In this document: in pieces, positions 30,771 to 40,632 of the stretch
Position numbering within the stretch: the first letter of the stretch is position 1
How the letters are laid out: each line of letters opens with the position of its first letter
Origin: Vampirovibrio chlorellavorus
GTDB lineage: Bacteria; Cyanobacteriota; Vampirovibrionia; Vampirovibrionales; Vampirovibrionaceae
NCBI GenBank assembly: GCA_001858525.1
Contig: LAPX01000009.1
Location: 3,922 to 67,921, forward strand
Length of the DNA stretch: 64,000 bases
Reading direction: 5' to 3'
Translations under genes and position numbers: made by a program
Notes under the pieces: generated by a model
The model's input: the letters and a program-made list of their open reading frames with translations, nothing else
Told to the model about the DNA's origin: nothing
Database searches by the model: none

Positions 30771-32057
30771 ATGAACCCCTCCCTGGATCTCTCTACAAAG
30801 GCCGCCATGCCGCTCAATGCGCCCATTCGGGAAGACCTGGAAGCGTTGGCCCTCTCCTACCGAAATATTTGCGTGGTGGGTTTGGGATACGTGGGTTTGC
30901 CCACCGCCCTGCTGTTTGCCTTGCACGATTTTTCGGTACAGGGCGTGGATGTGAGCGAGCGGGTGCTGTCGAATCTTCGGGATTCCAAAGTGGGACTGGT
31001 GTATCCAGAGCTGGCCGACTGGTGGGAGGAAGTACAAGCCGAAGGCAACTTCAGGGCCTCTTCCGCTCCTGAGCCCGCCGATGTGTTTTTGATTACCGTG
31101 CCCACCCCGGTGCACGAGGCCGATAAGACCTGTGATCTGTCCATGGTGCGGGCGGCTACTGAATCGATTCTGCCAGTGTTGCGGCCAGGCAATCTGGTGA
31201 TTCTGGAATCCACCGTGCCGCCGGGCACCACCCGACAGCTTTTGAAACCACTGATTGAAGAGAAAACCGGCTTACGCGTGGGACAGGATATCTACCTGTG
31301 CTTCTCTCCGGAGCGGGTCTTGCCCGGCAATACCACGTATGAGCTGATTCACAACCACCGGGTCATCGGAGGCACCACCCCGGAAGCGGCCATCATTGGG
31401 CGAACGTTGCTGGGGCAGGTCATGCAGGGCGAGTTGTTCATTACCACCGATGTGTCTGCTGAGTTCTGCAAGCTGGCCGAGAATACCTACCGGGATGTAA
31501 ACATTGCTCTAGCCAATGAGCTGTCCATTTTGGCCGATGAATACGGTGTGGATATGAACGAGGCTCGCCAACTGATTAACATGCACCCTCGGGTGAACTT
31601 GCTAAAACCGGGCATTGGGGTGGGCGGTCACTGTATTGCTGTGGACCCCTGGTTCTTTGTTGAGGCTTCTCCCATCAATACCCGCCTGATTGCCACTTCT
31701 CGACTGGTAAACGACCGCATGCCGGACTATACCGTGCAGAAAATCCTGCAAGCGGTGGCCGATATCGAGCGGCCTCGCATTGTGCTGGTGGGTTTGTCCT
31801 ACAAGCCGGATGTGGCTGACACCCGGGAAAGCCCGGCCATGCGGGTGGTGGAGCTGTTGCAAGCTCAAGCCACTGTGGATGTGGTCACGTACGATCCGCT
31901 ACTGGAAGAATATGCTGGATTGACCTTGCAAGCCGTAACCCAAGGGGCGGACTATGTGGCCGTGTTGGTTGGTCACACGGCTGTCTTGGAAGCGCTGGCA
32001 TTGCACGGCGAGCCGATTCGCCAGGCCATGCGTACCCCCCGCATTCAGGTGTTTTAA
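30771..32057 (+). CDS. Nucleotide-sugar dehydrogenase (UDP-ManNAc/UDP-glucose dehydrogenase family)
   Basis: 'ICVVGLGYVGLPTA' NAD-binding N-terminus, central catalytic Cys region and a UDPG_MGDP_dh C-terminal domain. Confidence 0.85.
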   Translation: MNPSLDLSTKAAMPLNAPIREDLEALALSYRNICVVGLGYVGLPTALLFALHDFSVQGVDVSERVLSNLRDSKVGLVYPELADWWEEVQAEGNFRASSAPEPADVFLITVPTPVHEADKTCDLSMVRAATESILPVLRPGNLVILESTVPPGTTRQLLKPLIEEKTGLRVGQDIYLCFSPERVLPGNTTYELIHNHRVIGGTTPEAAIIGRTLLGQVMQGELFITTDVSAEFCKLAENTYRDVNIALANELSILADEYGVDMNEARQLINMHPRVNLLKPGIGVGGHCIAVDPWFFVEASPINTRLIATSRLVNDRMPDYTVQKILQAVADIERPRIVLVGLSYKPDVADTRESPAMRVVELLQAQATVDVVTYDPLLEEYAGLTLQAVTQGADYVAVLVGHTAVLEALALHGEPIRQAMRTPRIQVF

Positions 32058-32113
32058 AGCTGCGCCTAACAGGAAAAACTACAGGGCAGGTACAGGCAGG
32101 AACGTTGGCGGGC

Positions 32114-32890
32114 TTAGCTCAGAGAGGTGACGCCCATCAACTCTTTAAGGGCCTTCGATTTGTCGGCATTGGGCGCATCATCGGTCATGGCCTTGGCAAA
32201 ATCCACCATCGCTTTATGGTGTAAGTTCGGGCCAAATCCCGCTGTTTCAAAAGCGTTGGCCAGTTTGGGGTTTCCTGCTTTGGCCGCCTGCGAGGTCAGG
32301 TTCCAGCCTTTGTCATTTTGGGTGGGCAAGTCCAAAACTTTGACCAACCGGCGCACGGTTTCCGGGTAATTGGCAGCCTTTTCAAACAGTAAATGCGGGT
32401 CTTTCTTGAAAACCGCATTTAACTTGTTTTTTAAATCGTTAAAAACCTCCGGTTTGTCCGCTGATTTTTCCAAGTCAGCCAGCATGCCTTTTGCAAAGTC
32501 ATTGATAAGGGTGAAATCATCATCTGGAGTGTTTTCAATTACTTTTTTAAATCTTGCTGTGAATACCGATTTGAGTTCTGTAAAATTGCTTGGTATAGCA
32601 ACGCCCGAGTCAATGGCGGTGTATATATCGGTTAATGTTTTTTCTAATAATGAATTTTTTGAAATGGTGTCTCCATTGGTTGAAATGCTTTGGAATTTAT
32701 CCAGTTTCTCCAACAGGCTCCAACAATTTTCAATACTCTCTGGCTGGGTTGAAAAATAGCCTTGCGTGTTAATTAGTTTTTCTTGAGTTTTAATGGGTGT
32801 TGCTGGAGTGTTAGCGGGTGTTGCTGGAGTGTTTCTAATGGTGCTTCTAATGGGGCGTTTAAAAAAGTCGTTTGGTAACTCAAACAACAT
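32114..32890 (-). CDS. Hypothetical protein in a low-GC island with TPATPAN repeats near the N-terminus
   Basis: ORF of about 38% GC over its 5' half versus roughly 53% for the window. It contains a tandem 21-bp repeat at 32796-32834. Confidence 0.45.
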   Translation of the reverse strand: MLFELPNDFFKRPIRSTIRNTPATPANTPATPIKTQEKLINTQGYFSTQPESIENCWSLLEKLDKFQSISTNGDTISKNSLLEKTLTDIYTAIDSGVAIPSNFTELKSVFTARFKKVIENTPDDDFTLINDFAKGMLADLEKSADKPEVFNDLKNKLNAVFKKDPHLLFEKAANYPETVRRLVKVLDLPTQNDKGWNLTSQAAKAGNPKLANAFETAGFGPNLHHKAMVDFAKAMTDDAPNADKSKALKELMGVTSLS

Positions 32891-32995
32891 AGTCAGTCAT
32901 CCTCAGTTTGGTATCCAGTGCAGTTGTTTATTTGGGCATATGAAAATTGGACACATCAAAATGATGCGCTTCTCAATTTTTTTCAAAATCATGCC

Positions 32996-33150
32996 CTGAC
33001 AGGCGGCTTATCATTCCCGCGCAGGCGAGAATCCCGGGAGTCCATCCTGGCACAAGACGTTGGGAGTAGAACCCAATAATCGTCGGTTTCAATTAAATAA
33101 AAGTAGTTCGCAAACTGGATTCCCACCTTCGTGGGGATGACAACCACCAG
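32996..33150. repeat. Pair of dRS3-like palindromes (ATTCCC-N8-GRGAAT type) bracketing about 85 bp; a REP/NIME-like intergenic element
   Basis: ATTCCCGCGCAGGCGAGAAT at 33013-33032 and ATTCCCACCTTCGTGGGGAT at 33118-33137. Confidence 0.35.
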
Positions 33151-33154
33151 TGGA

Positions 33155-34159
33155 TTAGACGTTATAGATGCCCGTTTTATAAAGCCCCAAGCTGGCTTCA
33201 ATGGCTTCAATGGTCTGGCTTAGCCCTTGGCGGAAATTTGTTTGGGACTGCCAGTTCAGCAATTCCTGGGCTTTGCGGTTGTCGGCCAATAAAAGTCCCA
33301 CTTCGCTTTTCTCAGGCCGAATCCGCTGGGCTTCCGTGATTACCGGAATATTCGGTTGCCCCAGAATATCCAGAATCAGGTTCAGCGTATCCCCGATGGT
33401 TTGGGTCTGCCCGCTGCCCACGTTGATCACCTGTCCCACGCTTTGATCACATTCAGCCACCCGAATAAAGCCCTGGGCGGTATCTTTCACAAAGGTGAAA
33501 TCCCGCTGGGGATCCAGAGAGCCGACCTTGATGGGTTGTCGGGTTTTGTCATAGGCCAGCGCTTGGCTAATGATAGTGGGAATGATGGCGCGGGCCGATT
33601 GACGGGGGCCGAAGGTGTTGAAGGGCCGAATGGTGGCCACCGGCAAATCGAAGGAGAGAAAGTAGCTTTCCGCCATTTTATCGGCGGCGATTTTGCTGGC
33701 AGAATAAGGGGATTGCCCTTGCAGCGGATGGGCCTCATCAATGGGCGTGTATAAGGCCGTCCCATATGTTTCGCTGGTGGAAGTGTGCACCAGTTTTTGC
33801 ACGCCCTCACTGCGGCAGGCTTCCAGCACGTTCAGGGTGCCCTGCACGTTTACGTTCACATAGTGTTGGGGGGCTACGTAAGAGTATGGAATCCCGATTA
33901 AAGCGGCCAAGTGAAACACAGCGGCACAGCCTTTGACCGCCTGACGCACCAGAAAGGGATCGGTGATATCGCCGCTGATAATGTCCAGTTGCGCTTGTAA
34001 CTCAGGGGGCAGTTGCTCTAAATTGCCCCAATCGTTGCGGGAGTTGTATTTGACCAGCGCTCGCACCCGACAGCCTTTGGCCAGCAGGGCTTCTACCAAA
34101 TGACTGCCAATAAAACCACCCGCCCCGGTGACCAAAACTGTTTGATTGCTTAAATCCAT
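33155..34159 (-). CDS. NAD-dependent epimerase/dehydratase (UDP-glucuronate decarboxylase / NDP-sugar 4,6-dehydratase-like SDR)
   Basis: 'VLVTGAGGFIGSHL', a YSASK catalytic motif and an extended-SDR fold. Confidence 0.8.
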   Translation of the reverse strand: MDLSNQTVLVTGAGGFIGSHLVEALLAKGCRVRALVKYNSRNDWGNLEQLPPELQAQLDIISGDITDPFLVRQAVKGCAAVFHLAALIGIPYSYVAPQHYVNVNVQGTLNVLEACRSEGVQKLVHTSTSETYGTALYTPIDEAHPLQGQSPYSASKIAADKMAESYFLSFDLPVATIRPFNTFGPRQSARAIIPTIISQALAYDKTRQPIKVGSLDPQRDFTFVKDTAQGFIRVAECDQSVGQVINVGSGQTQTIGDTLNLILDILGQPNIPVITEAQRIRPEKSEVGLLLADNRKAQELLNWQSQTNFRQGLSQTIEAIEASLGLYKTGIYNV

Positions 34160-34206
34160 GAGAACAAACCCCTAATACTCAATATATACAAATAAATCTC
34201 AATAAA

Positions 34207-35178
34207 TTATTGTGTGTGCGATTTTACCGAAGGCACTGATTCTCCGATGTGTTCCCGCCAGTATTCAAGCTCCTGTTTCAATCCAGTGTTCAAATCCACT
34301 TGTGGATGCCAACCGGTCTGTTCCTGAATTTTGTTAATATTTGCCCAGCTTCGGTCTTCCTGCTGTACGCCATGAAATTTTAATTGCACCTTCTCGCGCT
34401 GATCAGGGGTCAGCTTGGCATTAAACAATAACAGTTCCAAAATGTCTTTCAGGGCAGTGGACTGCCCGGAGGCGATGTTATACACCTGCCCGCTCAGTTC
34501 ATTTTGGGTGCGACTGTTGCTGAGAGCAGTCAGCGCCTTGACCACGTCATCAATGTGAATAAAATCGCGGTAACTTCTCAGGTTGAATACATGGACTTCG
34601 GCGGGGGACGGGGCGAGCGCTTCGGCTTGGGCAATTTGGGCAGCCAATGCGGCAATGGCCAAGTGCCTTGCGGTATGGCCATAAGCGTTAAACACCCGTG
34701 CGATGATCACCGGTAAATTGTAGCGCCGGGCAAAGCTTTGGGCAATTAGAGTCTGGGCCAGCTTGGCAATGCCGTACTCCCCTTCGGGCTGACAGGGGGT
34801 ATTTTCCTCCACAGGCTCATCCCGCAAGCCGTATTCCGCAGCGGAACCCACCACGATTACTTTGGGGTGCAGGCCCGTATCCACCACTGTTTGCAACAAG
34901 CGCCGGGTGCCTTCGGCATTGACCCGCAATTGATGCTCAAAGGGAGACTTCGGGCTGGTGCCAATACAGTGATAAATCACATCGGGTTTGACTTGCCCCA
35001 GCCAATGCAAAAGATCGGCCTCCAGCAGGTTTCCTTCCAGGCTGTTATTGGGGACCAGCTTGCTATCGTAGGTTTGGTTAAACCCAAACACCTCGGTATC
35101 GGGTAGCGAGAGCAAGTGCCGGGCCAGGTGTCCGCCAATATACCCGTTGCTGCCGGTAACCAGAATCCGCTGCGCCAT
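34207..35178 (-). CDS. NAD-dependent epimerase/reductase (GDP-6-deoxy-mannose reductase Rmd-like SDR)
   Basis: 'ILVTGSNGYIGGHL' and 'YGIAK' (YxxxK). Confidence 0.65.
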   Translation of the reverse strand: MAQRILVTGSNGYIGGHLARHLLSLPDTEVFGFNQTYDSKLVPNNSLEGNLLEADLLHWLGQVKPDVIYHCIGTSPKSPFEHQLRVNAEGTRRLLQTVVDTGLHPKVIVVGSAAEYGLRDEPVEENTPCQPEGEYGIAKLAQTLIAQSFARRYNLPVIIARVFNAYGHTARHLAIAALAAQIAQAEALAPSPAEVHVFNLRSYRDFIHIDDVVKALTALSNSRTQNELSGQVYNIASGQSTALKDILELLLFNAKLTPDQREKVQLKFHGVQQEDRSWANINKIQEQTGWHPQVDLNTGLKQELEYWREHIGESVPSVKSHTQ

Positions 35179-35181
35179 AGA

Positions 35182-35988
35182 CTAACTGGTGACCTCTGGT
35201 CGTTCTGTGGGGAGTAGCAGTTCCCGCTTGGTTTTGAAGTCATTGACGGCGGTTTCGTAATCATCCACCCGGCCAATGTCCAGCCAATAGCTATTAAACG
35301 GGTAGGCCTGAATGGCTTGCTGCTGTTGAATCAGTGTTTTCATCAGTTGATCGAAGCCAAAAAAGGTATTTTCAGGAATAAATTCCCGCACGGCCCGGTT
35401 GAACACGTAAATGCCCATGCTCACGGAATGTTCCAGCATGGGTTTTTCAATAAAGTTGTGAATGCGGTGGCTGAGGCTGTCGAACTCCAGCACCCCGAAA
35501 TCAATTTTGGAGGTGCGTCGGTACACGGCAATGGTGGCCAAATTGGGTGCTTGATCCGGGCGGGTTTGGCAGTGGAAATCAAACAAGGCCCGGAAGTTGA
35601 TATCGGAGACGATGTCGGCGTTCATCACCAGAAAGTTTTCCGGCAAGTCGTCCAGGGCCCGCAGGGGACCCGCGGTGCCTAGGGGCTGATCTTCCCGGGC
35701 GTAGGTTATGGAAATGCCCAGTTTGCGGCCATCTCCAAAGAAGGCTTCAATCAATTCGCTAAGGTGCCCAACGGCCAGCGTGATGTCAGTGAAGCCATGT
35801 GCTTTCAGCTGCCGTAACACCAGTTCCAGCACCGGCATTTCTTCCAGCGGCACCAAGGCTTTGGGAAAGAGGGTGGTATATGGCTTCAGGCGGGTTCCCT
35901 GACCACCGGCCAAAATAATGGCCCGACCGGGTTGCGGGTTCGCGCTAGATGAATTGGCGCTAGATGAGCTAGATGAAAAAGCCGACAT
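35182..35988 (-). CDS. Sugar-phosphate nucleotidyltransferase (NTP_transferase) with a Ser-rich N-terminus
   Basis: 'AIILAGGQGTRLKP.T...PK' nucleotide-binding motif. The N-terminus 'MSAFSSSSSSANSSSAN' is encoded by a tandem 15-bp repeat. Confidence 0.8.
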   Translation of the reverse strand: MSAFSSSSSSANSSSANPQPGRAIILAGGQGTRLKPYTTLFPKALVPLEEMPVLELVLRQLKAHGFTDITLAVGHLSELIEAFFGDGRKLGISITYAREDQPLGTAGPLRALDDLPENFLVMNADIVSDINFRALFDFHCQTRPDQAPNLATIAVYRRTSKIDFGVLEFDSLSHRIHNFIEKPMLEHSVSMGIYVFNRAVREFIPENTFFGFDQLMKTLIQQQQAIQAYPFNSYWLDIGRVDDYETAVNDFKTKRELLLPTERPEVTS

Positions 35989-36113
35989 GCCGAAATCCTT
36001 GGTTTGAGCGCACTTTGTGGCAGTGAAAGTGTGCCCAATATACCATAAACCAGCGCCCGTTCGGGGAGTCTCGAATGGCTATAGCCTGTCTTTGTTTACG
36101 TTATAGTAATGCA

Positions 36114-36608
36114 ATGACTACACTCCATCCCTCTGAGCGCCCCCAACCACCGTCCACCTTGGGCTGGCGACTGGCTCATGTTGGCGATCAGGCCCACCTG
36201 TGCCGCCTGATTACCGCCATGGCGCTGGAAAGTGAAAACCGCCAACTGCATGCGGAAACACTTTCCGCGGGGGTGGCGGCCGTATTTGAACAGCCCAGCC
36301 GGGGGACCTACTGGGTATTGTGCGCCGGGGAAGCGCCGGTGGGGTGCACCCTGATTACTCCGGAATGGAGTGACTGGAACAACGCCACTTACTGGTGGAT
36401 TCAGAGTTTGTACATCGAACCGGCCCATCGTGGGCTGGGGGGCTTTGAGTTGCTGTTGGTTGAACTCGAAAAGTCAGCCCCAGCGGGCCATGTCCCGGAA
36501 TTGCGGTTATACGTGGAACAGCACAACCAGCGAGCCCTGCGAGTCTATTTACGCAACGGGTTTGAAGGCCAGCATTATCACTGCATGACGAAAACTCTTT
36601 CTCACTAG
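36114..36608 (+). CDS. GNAT family N-acetyltransferase
   Basis: 'LYVEQHNQRALRVYLRNGFE' is a GNAT motif A/B region. Confidence 0.65.
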   Translation: MTTLHPSERPQPPSTLGWRLAHVGDQAHLCRLITAMALESENRQLHAETLSAGVAAVFEQPSRGTYWVLCAGEAPVGCTLITPEWSDWNNATYWWIQSLYIEPAHRGLGGFELLLVELEKSAPAGHVPELRLYVEQHNQRALRVYLRNGFEGQHYHCMTKTLSH

Positions 36609-36636
36609 CTTCTGGCTTGTAAGAGGAACGCTAACT

Positions 36637-38154
36637 TTAACAAGAAACGCCCTTACTGAGAACCCGGTCTACGCATTGCTGCCAGCCCGCTAATAAGCGT
36701 TCCCGCTCCTGAGCGGACATGCGGGGTTCAAAGCGTTGTACGGGTTCCGGCAAGGTTTTAATGGCCTCCGGGTTAGGCCAAAAGCCAACGGCCAAGCCCG
36801 CCAAGTACCCGGCTCCTTTGGCGGTCAACTCCGGATCATCGGTCCGCTCCACCGGTACGTTTAAAATATCGGCCAAAAACTGCATTAAAAAGTCGGATCG
36901 GGTCACCCCGCCATCGACGCGCAAGCGCTCCAGTGTCAGCCCTGCCTCCGATTGCATGGCGGCCAGAACTGCCTGGGTCTGATAGGCCATGGATTCCAGG
37001 GCGGCCCGCACAAAGTGGGCTTTTCCGGTGTCCTGGGTAATGCCAAACACGGCCCCCCGGGCGTTACTATCCCAGTAGGGGGCGCCCAAGCCGGCAAAGG
37101 CGGGTACCAGATACACCCCCTCATTGCTGGCAAGCCTGTGGGCCAGCACGTCGATTTCCCGCACATGGGCAAAGGCGTCCAGCTTTTTATTCAGCCATTC
37201 CAAAGTAGCCCCGGCGAAGAAGATGGCCCCCTCCAATGCGTAGGCGGGCTTACCGTGGGCCTCGGTGGCCAAGGTGGTCAGCAACCCTTGGGTGGAATGA
37301 ACCGGGGTTTGCCCGGTGTTCATGACCAAAAAGGCTCCGGTGCCGTAAGTGCTTTTGGCAGTGCCGGGCAGCCAGCATTTCTGGCCATGCAAGGCGGCCT
37401 GTTGATCGCCCACGATGCCCGCCAAGGGCACGGCCACGCCCTCGGTCAAGCGTGTGTCAATCATCCCGATGGGCTCAGAAGAGCCCACCACCTTGGGCAA
37501 AATAGCCGCCGGAATTTCAAACAGATCCAGCAGATCGGCGTCCCAGGCCCGTTGGTGAATGTTAAACACCATGGTGCGGGAGGCGTTGGTTAAATCAGTC
37601 ACATGGCACTCTCCGCCACTGAGTTTCCATAAAATGTAAGTGTCCACTGTGCCAAACCGCAACCGATGGTCGGCTAGCAACTGCTGGGCTTTTGGCACGT
37701 TTTGCAGCATCCAGCGGATTTTAGAGGCCGAAAAATAGGCGTCGATGACCAGCCCTGTTTTATCCTGAATCATGGGGCCGTGGCCCAGACGCTTGAGTTC
37801 CTCACAAAACTCTGCGGTGCGACGGCATTGCCACACAATGGCGTTGTAGATCGGTTGACCCGTTTGAGAATCCCACAAAATGACCGTTTCCCGCTGGTTG
37901 GTCAATCCGGCCACTGCCAGATTTTCCCAGCTTAGCCCAGCTTCCTGTAATGCGGCCCGGGCCACTTGCAGGGTAATGTCCCACAGTTCAGTGGGGTTGT
38001 GTTCTACCCAGCCGGGTTGAGGATAAATCTGCTCAAAGTTCTGCTGGTTGCGGGCAATAATGGTGCCATTGGCATCCATAATGCAGGCCCGAATGCTGGT
38101 GGTGCCGTGATCAAAAACCAAAACGTGAGAGCGGTTCACCGAATTAGACCTCAA
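36637..38154 (-). CDS. glpK: Glycerol kinase
   Basis: 'FDHGTTS.RA' N-terminus and an FGGY kinase over its full length. Confidence 0.9.
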   Translation of the reverse strand: MRSNSVNRSHVLVFDHGTTSIRACIMDANGTIIARNQQNFEQIYPQPGWVEHNPTELWDITLQVARAALQEAGLSWENLAVAGLTNQRETVILWDSQTGQPIYNAIVWQCRRTAEFCEELKRLGHGPMIQDKTGLVIDAYFSASKIRWMLQNVPKAQQLLADHRLRFGTVDTYILWKLSGGECHVTDLTNASRTMVFNIHQRAWDADLLDLFEIPAAILPKVVGSSEPIGMIDTRLTEGVAVPLAGIVGDQQAALHGQKCWLPGTAKSTYGTGAFLVMNTGQTPVHSTQGLLTTLATEAHGKPAYALEGAIFFAGATLEWLNKKLDAFAHVREIDVLAHRLASNEGVYLVPAFAGLGAPYWDSNARGAVFGITQDTGKAHFVRAALESMAYQTQAVLAAMQSEAGLTLERLRVDGGVTRSDFLMQFLADILNVPVERTDDPELTAKGAGYLAGLAVGFWPNPEAIKTLPEPVQRFEPRMSAQERERLLAGWQQCVDRVLSKGVSC

Positions 38155-38407
38155 AAGGACGGGTCACACTTTCCCCGTCTTCCTGCAAGGTTTTGACCAA
38201 CTCTTCCACCTTGCCCCGGGCTTCGTTCAGCTTGGTTTGGCAAACTTTAATGTGGCCCACCCCGTCTTCAAACAAGGTCAGGGCCTCTTCCAGAGGCAAC
38301 GATTCAGAGCGAAAGCGCTCCACGATTTCTTCCAGTGCCTGGGAGGATTCCGAGAATGTGGGTGTCTTGGCAGCCATGTGGGTTTGTCCTTGTTCGTAGT
38401 TGTTCAA
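38144..38407 (-). CDS. xseB: Exodeoxyribonuclease VII small subunit
   Basis: 'F.E.L.ELE.IV..LE...L.LEE.L..FE.G' pattern; about 80 aa. Confidence 0.85.
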   Translation of the reverse strand: MNNYEQGQTHMAAKTPTFSESSQALEEIVERFRSESLPLEEALTLFEDGVGHIKVCQTKLNEARGKVEELVKTLQEDGESVTRPFEV

Positions 38408-38415
38408 ATTAAAAT

Positions 38416-39732
38416 TTACGGAAGCTTCGGGGAGGGCAGTGTTTCCAGGGCTTGTACCTGTTTTACCAGTGCGGATACTGTGCCGTCCGCCAAACGCAGC
38501 TCGAAATTTTCACCGGCTTTCAGTTGCTGCACGGAGCGAACCACCTGACCTTGGGCCGTGCTGGCCACCCCATAGCCCCGGGCCAAGGTGGTCAGTGGGT
38601 TGTAGGCATTCAACACCGAGACCGACTCGGCCAAGCCCTGTTCTTTCTTTTGAAACAGCAAATCAAAGCGAGACAGCAAACGCTCTTTCTTTTGAACCAG
38701 CTGGTGGCCGCAACTTACCAGATAACTTTGGTGCAATTCCACCATGCGGGTGGCATTTAAATCCAGGGTTTGCTCGTGATAGAGAATGACCTCTGCCATG
38801 GATTCCATCAGTTCCCGGGCCATGTTGCTCTGATTCTCGATGATGGCCTGCAAGTCGGGCACGGCCCAATCAGCGGCCGCAGTCGGTGTGGAGGCGGAAT
38901 AATCGGCGGCGGCATCGGCCAGGGCGTAATCCGGCTCATGCCCAATGCCAGTGACGACTGGAATCTGGCTTTCAAAAATGGCTCGCACCACGGGCTCTTC
39001 GCTAAAGCAGAACAGGTCTTCAAAGGAGCCGCCCCCACGTCCCACAATTAATGTATCCAGCTGGTAATGGGGATGGTTCAATTCCCGGATGGCTGCGGCG
39101 ATTTCCTGAGCGGCCCCTTCCCCTTGGACTTTGACCGGATGCAGCAAGACATCCACCATGGGGTTTTTGCGGCGAATGACCCGTAGCATGTCGTGAATGA
39201 CCGCCCCGGTGGAAGAAGTGACAATGCCAATGCGCTGGGGAAATTCCGGAATTTCCTGCTTGTACTCTTCCATAAACAGCCCTTCGGCTTCCAGTCGGGC
39301 TTTAATTTGCTGGAAGGCCAGTTGCAATGCGCCCACGCCCACCGGTTCCATTTTGCTGCCCACAATGGAGTAGCTGCCACTGGGGCGATAAATTTCCAGA
39401 CGCCCGGTGAGGTAAACCTCCAGACCGTCTTGCAGGTCAAAGGTCAGCCGATTGGCCGTGCTGGCCCATAAAATGCCGTTGATAGAGGCCCCTTCGTCTT
39501 TGAGGGTGTAGTAGACGTGCCCCCGCGAAGAGCGTTTGACGTTGGAAATTTCCCCTTGAATGACCACGGCATGGCCAAGCACCGGATGCTCGCCAATGGC
39601 CTCTTCCAACAAAGTGGTAATTTCAGAGACTGAGTAACTGCTTTTTTCATTGGCAGGGTGACCGCCCAGCAGGGCTGAAAAATCAAGTTGCTGCTGGCTT
39701 ACACTGCCTATTTTGGCTTTTCGGGGTGACAT
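38416..39732 (-). CDS. xseA: Exodeoxyribonuclease VII large subunit
   Basis: OB-fold N-terminus 'YSVSEIT..L...IG....VVIQGEISN......GH.YYTLKD' and a catalytic domain. The track ORF extends to 39816; the start is probably the internal M at 39732. Confidence 0.85.
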   Translation of the reverse strand: MSPRKAKIGSVSQQQLDFSALLGGHPANEKSSYSVSEITTLLEEAIGEHPVLGHAVVIQGEISNVKRSSRGHVYYTLKDEGASINGILWASTANRLTFDLQDGLEVYLTGRLEIYRPSGSYSIVGSKMEPVGVGALQLAFQQIKARLEAEGLFMEEYKQEIPEFPQRIGIVTSSTGAVIHDMLRVIRRKNPMVDVLLHPVKVQGEGAAQEIAAAIRELNHPHYQLDTLIVGRGGGSFEDLFCFSEEPVVRAIFESQIPVVTGIGHEPDYALADAAADYSASTPTAAADWAVPDLQAIIENQSNMARELMESMAEVILYHEQTLDLNATRMVELHQSYLVSCGHQLVQKKERLLSRFDLLFQKKEQGLAESVSVLNAYNPLTTLARGYGVASTAQGQVVRSVQQLKAGENFELRLADGTVSALVKQVQALETLPSPKLP

Positions 39733-39882
39733 TACAGTTTCTCGTACTTCTTGAGCAACTTTATGAATAGACTGGCTCCACGCAATGGATGGATTAGGAG
39801 GGATTAAACCATCCAATATGAACAGAATACTATAAAGCAGAGCCGGGTTGCTCTTTCTATGTTCAGATAATCAAGCTGACTC

Positions 39883-40515
39883 TTAGTTGTTCCATGAGAA
39901 CCAGCTCGGAAGCTGAGCCGGGTCGGCACCATAGCACCAAGGGCCGCCCCCTGCCCATTTCTGACAAGCGTTAAGGCCTGCATCACCTCGGGATGCAATG
40001 CGACCGTTATAAAACAACCAAAATTCCAGTCCTTTACCTGGGCCGTTTGTAGTGCCATCGGTGATTCTTCCATCCGGGTCAATATGGAAGTAAACCGCCC
40101 CCGTATTTGTGAGGCTCCCAAATGTGGACGGCAGGCCATAATCGACCAGGGCACCATTATGCAAACGCATGCACACCCACACATTCCCATCACAGGTCAA
40201 AGTTCCCTGCCCGTGGACACTATCAAACGTCGTGCCGGTTTCAATACGAGAGTAATTCAAATAAGGCGTCAGATCTTTGATACCGAAGGTGTCTGTGACG
40301 GTATTGCTGGCTTTGTAATTCTGATAGGCCGCGGCAACGCTGCCTACAAACTCTTTGGCAATGGCGTTGTATCGTTGATTTTGCTGGGATGAAATCAGTT
40401 TTGGGATGGTAAAAGTGGCAATTTCACCCAATATCAACAAACTGATCAGGAGTTCGGCCAAACTAAAAGCCGAGAGCTTCTGCCCCCAAACTGGGGCATT
40501 GCTGGGCAGGTTCAT
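39883..40515 (-). CDS. Type IV prepilin-like protein (class III signal; pilin or pseudopilin paralog 1)
   Basis: 'AFSLAELLISLLILGEIATFTIPK' N-methylation/cleavage-type motif with Glu at +5, Cys pairs in the C-terminal half, and an ending 'PSWFSWNN'. Confidence 0.65.
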   Translation of the reverse strand: MNLPSNAPVWGQKLSAFSLAELLISLLILGEIATFTIPKLISSQQNQRYNAIAKEFVGSVAAAYQNYKASNTVTDTFGIKDLTPYLNYSRIETGTTFDSVHGQGTLTCDGNVWVCMRLHNGALVDYGLPSTFGSLTNTGAVYFHIDPDGRITDGTTNGPGKGLEFWLFYNGRIASRGDAGLNACQKWAGGGPWCYGADPAQLPSWFSWNN

Positions 40516-40632
40516 GAACTAAAAACTCCATGAATTTATTTCACCTTCTCATGGAAGTATCGTCAAAGAGTATAAAAACTTTAATATAAAGGGAAAGATC
40601 AGGTTCAATCGGCATATACGGGATGTAAAAAC

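Noticed and set aside
32996-33150. Possibility that the window is neisserial DNA or a CRISPR-like array because of ATTCCC-N8-GGGAAT palindromes
   Set aside because: Only two imperfect copies, no regular spacer-repeat periodicity and no DNA-uptake sequence (GCCGTCTGAA) noticed. The gene content (flbD, yvyF-like, ylqD, csaB) is not neisserial.
32989-33210. 73-aa minus-strand ORF overlapping the dRS3-like palindromes
   Set aside because: The reading frame is created by the repeat element itself and overlaps the epimerase 3' end; not a gene.
36952-37593. 213-aa plus-strand ORF
   Set aside because: Antisense within glpK; Gly-rich low-complexity translation.
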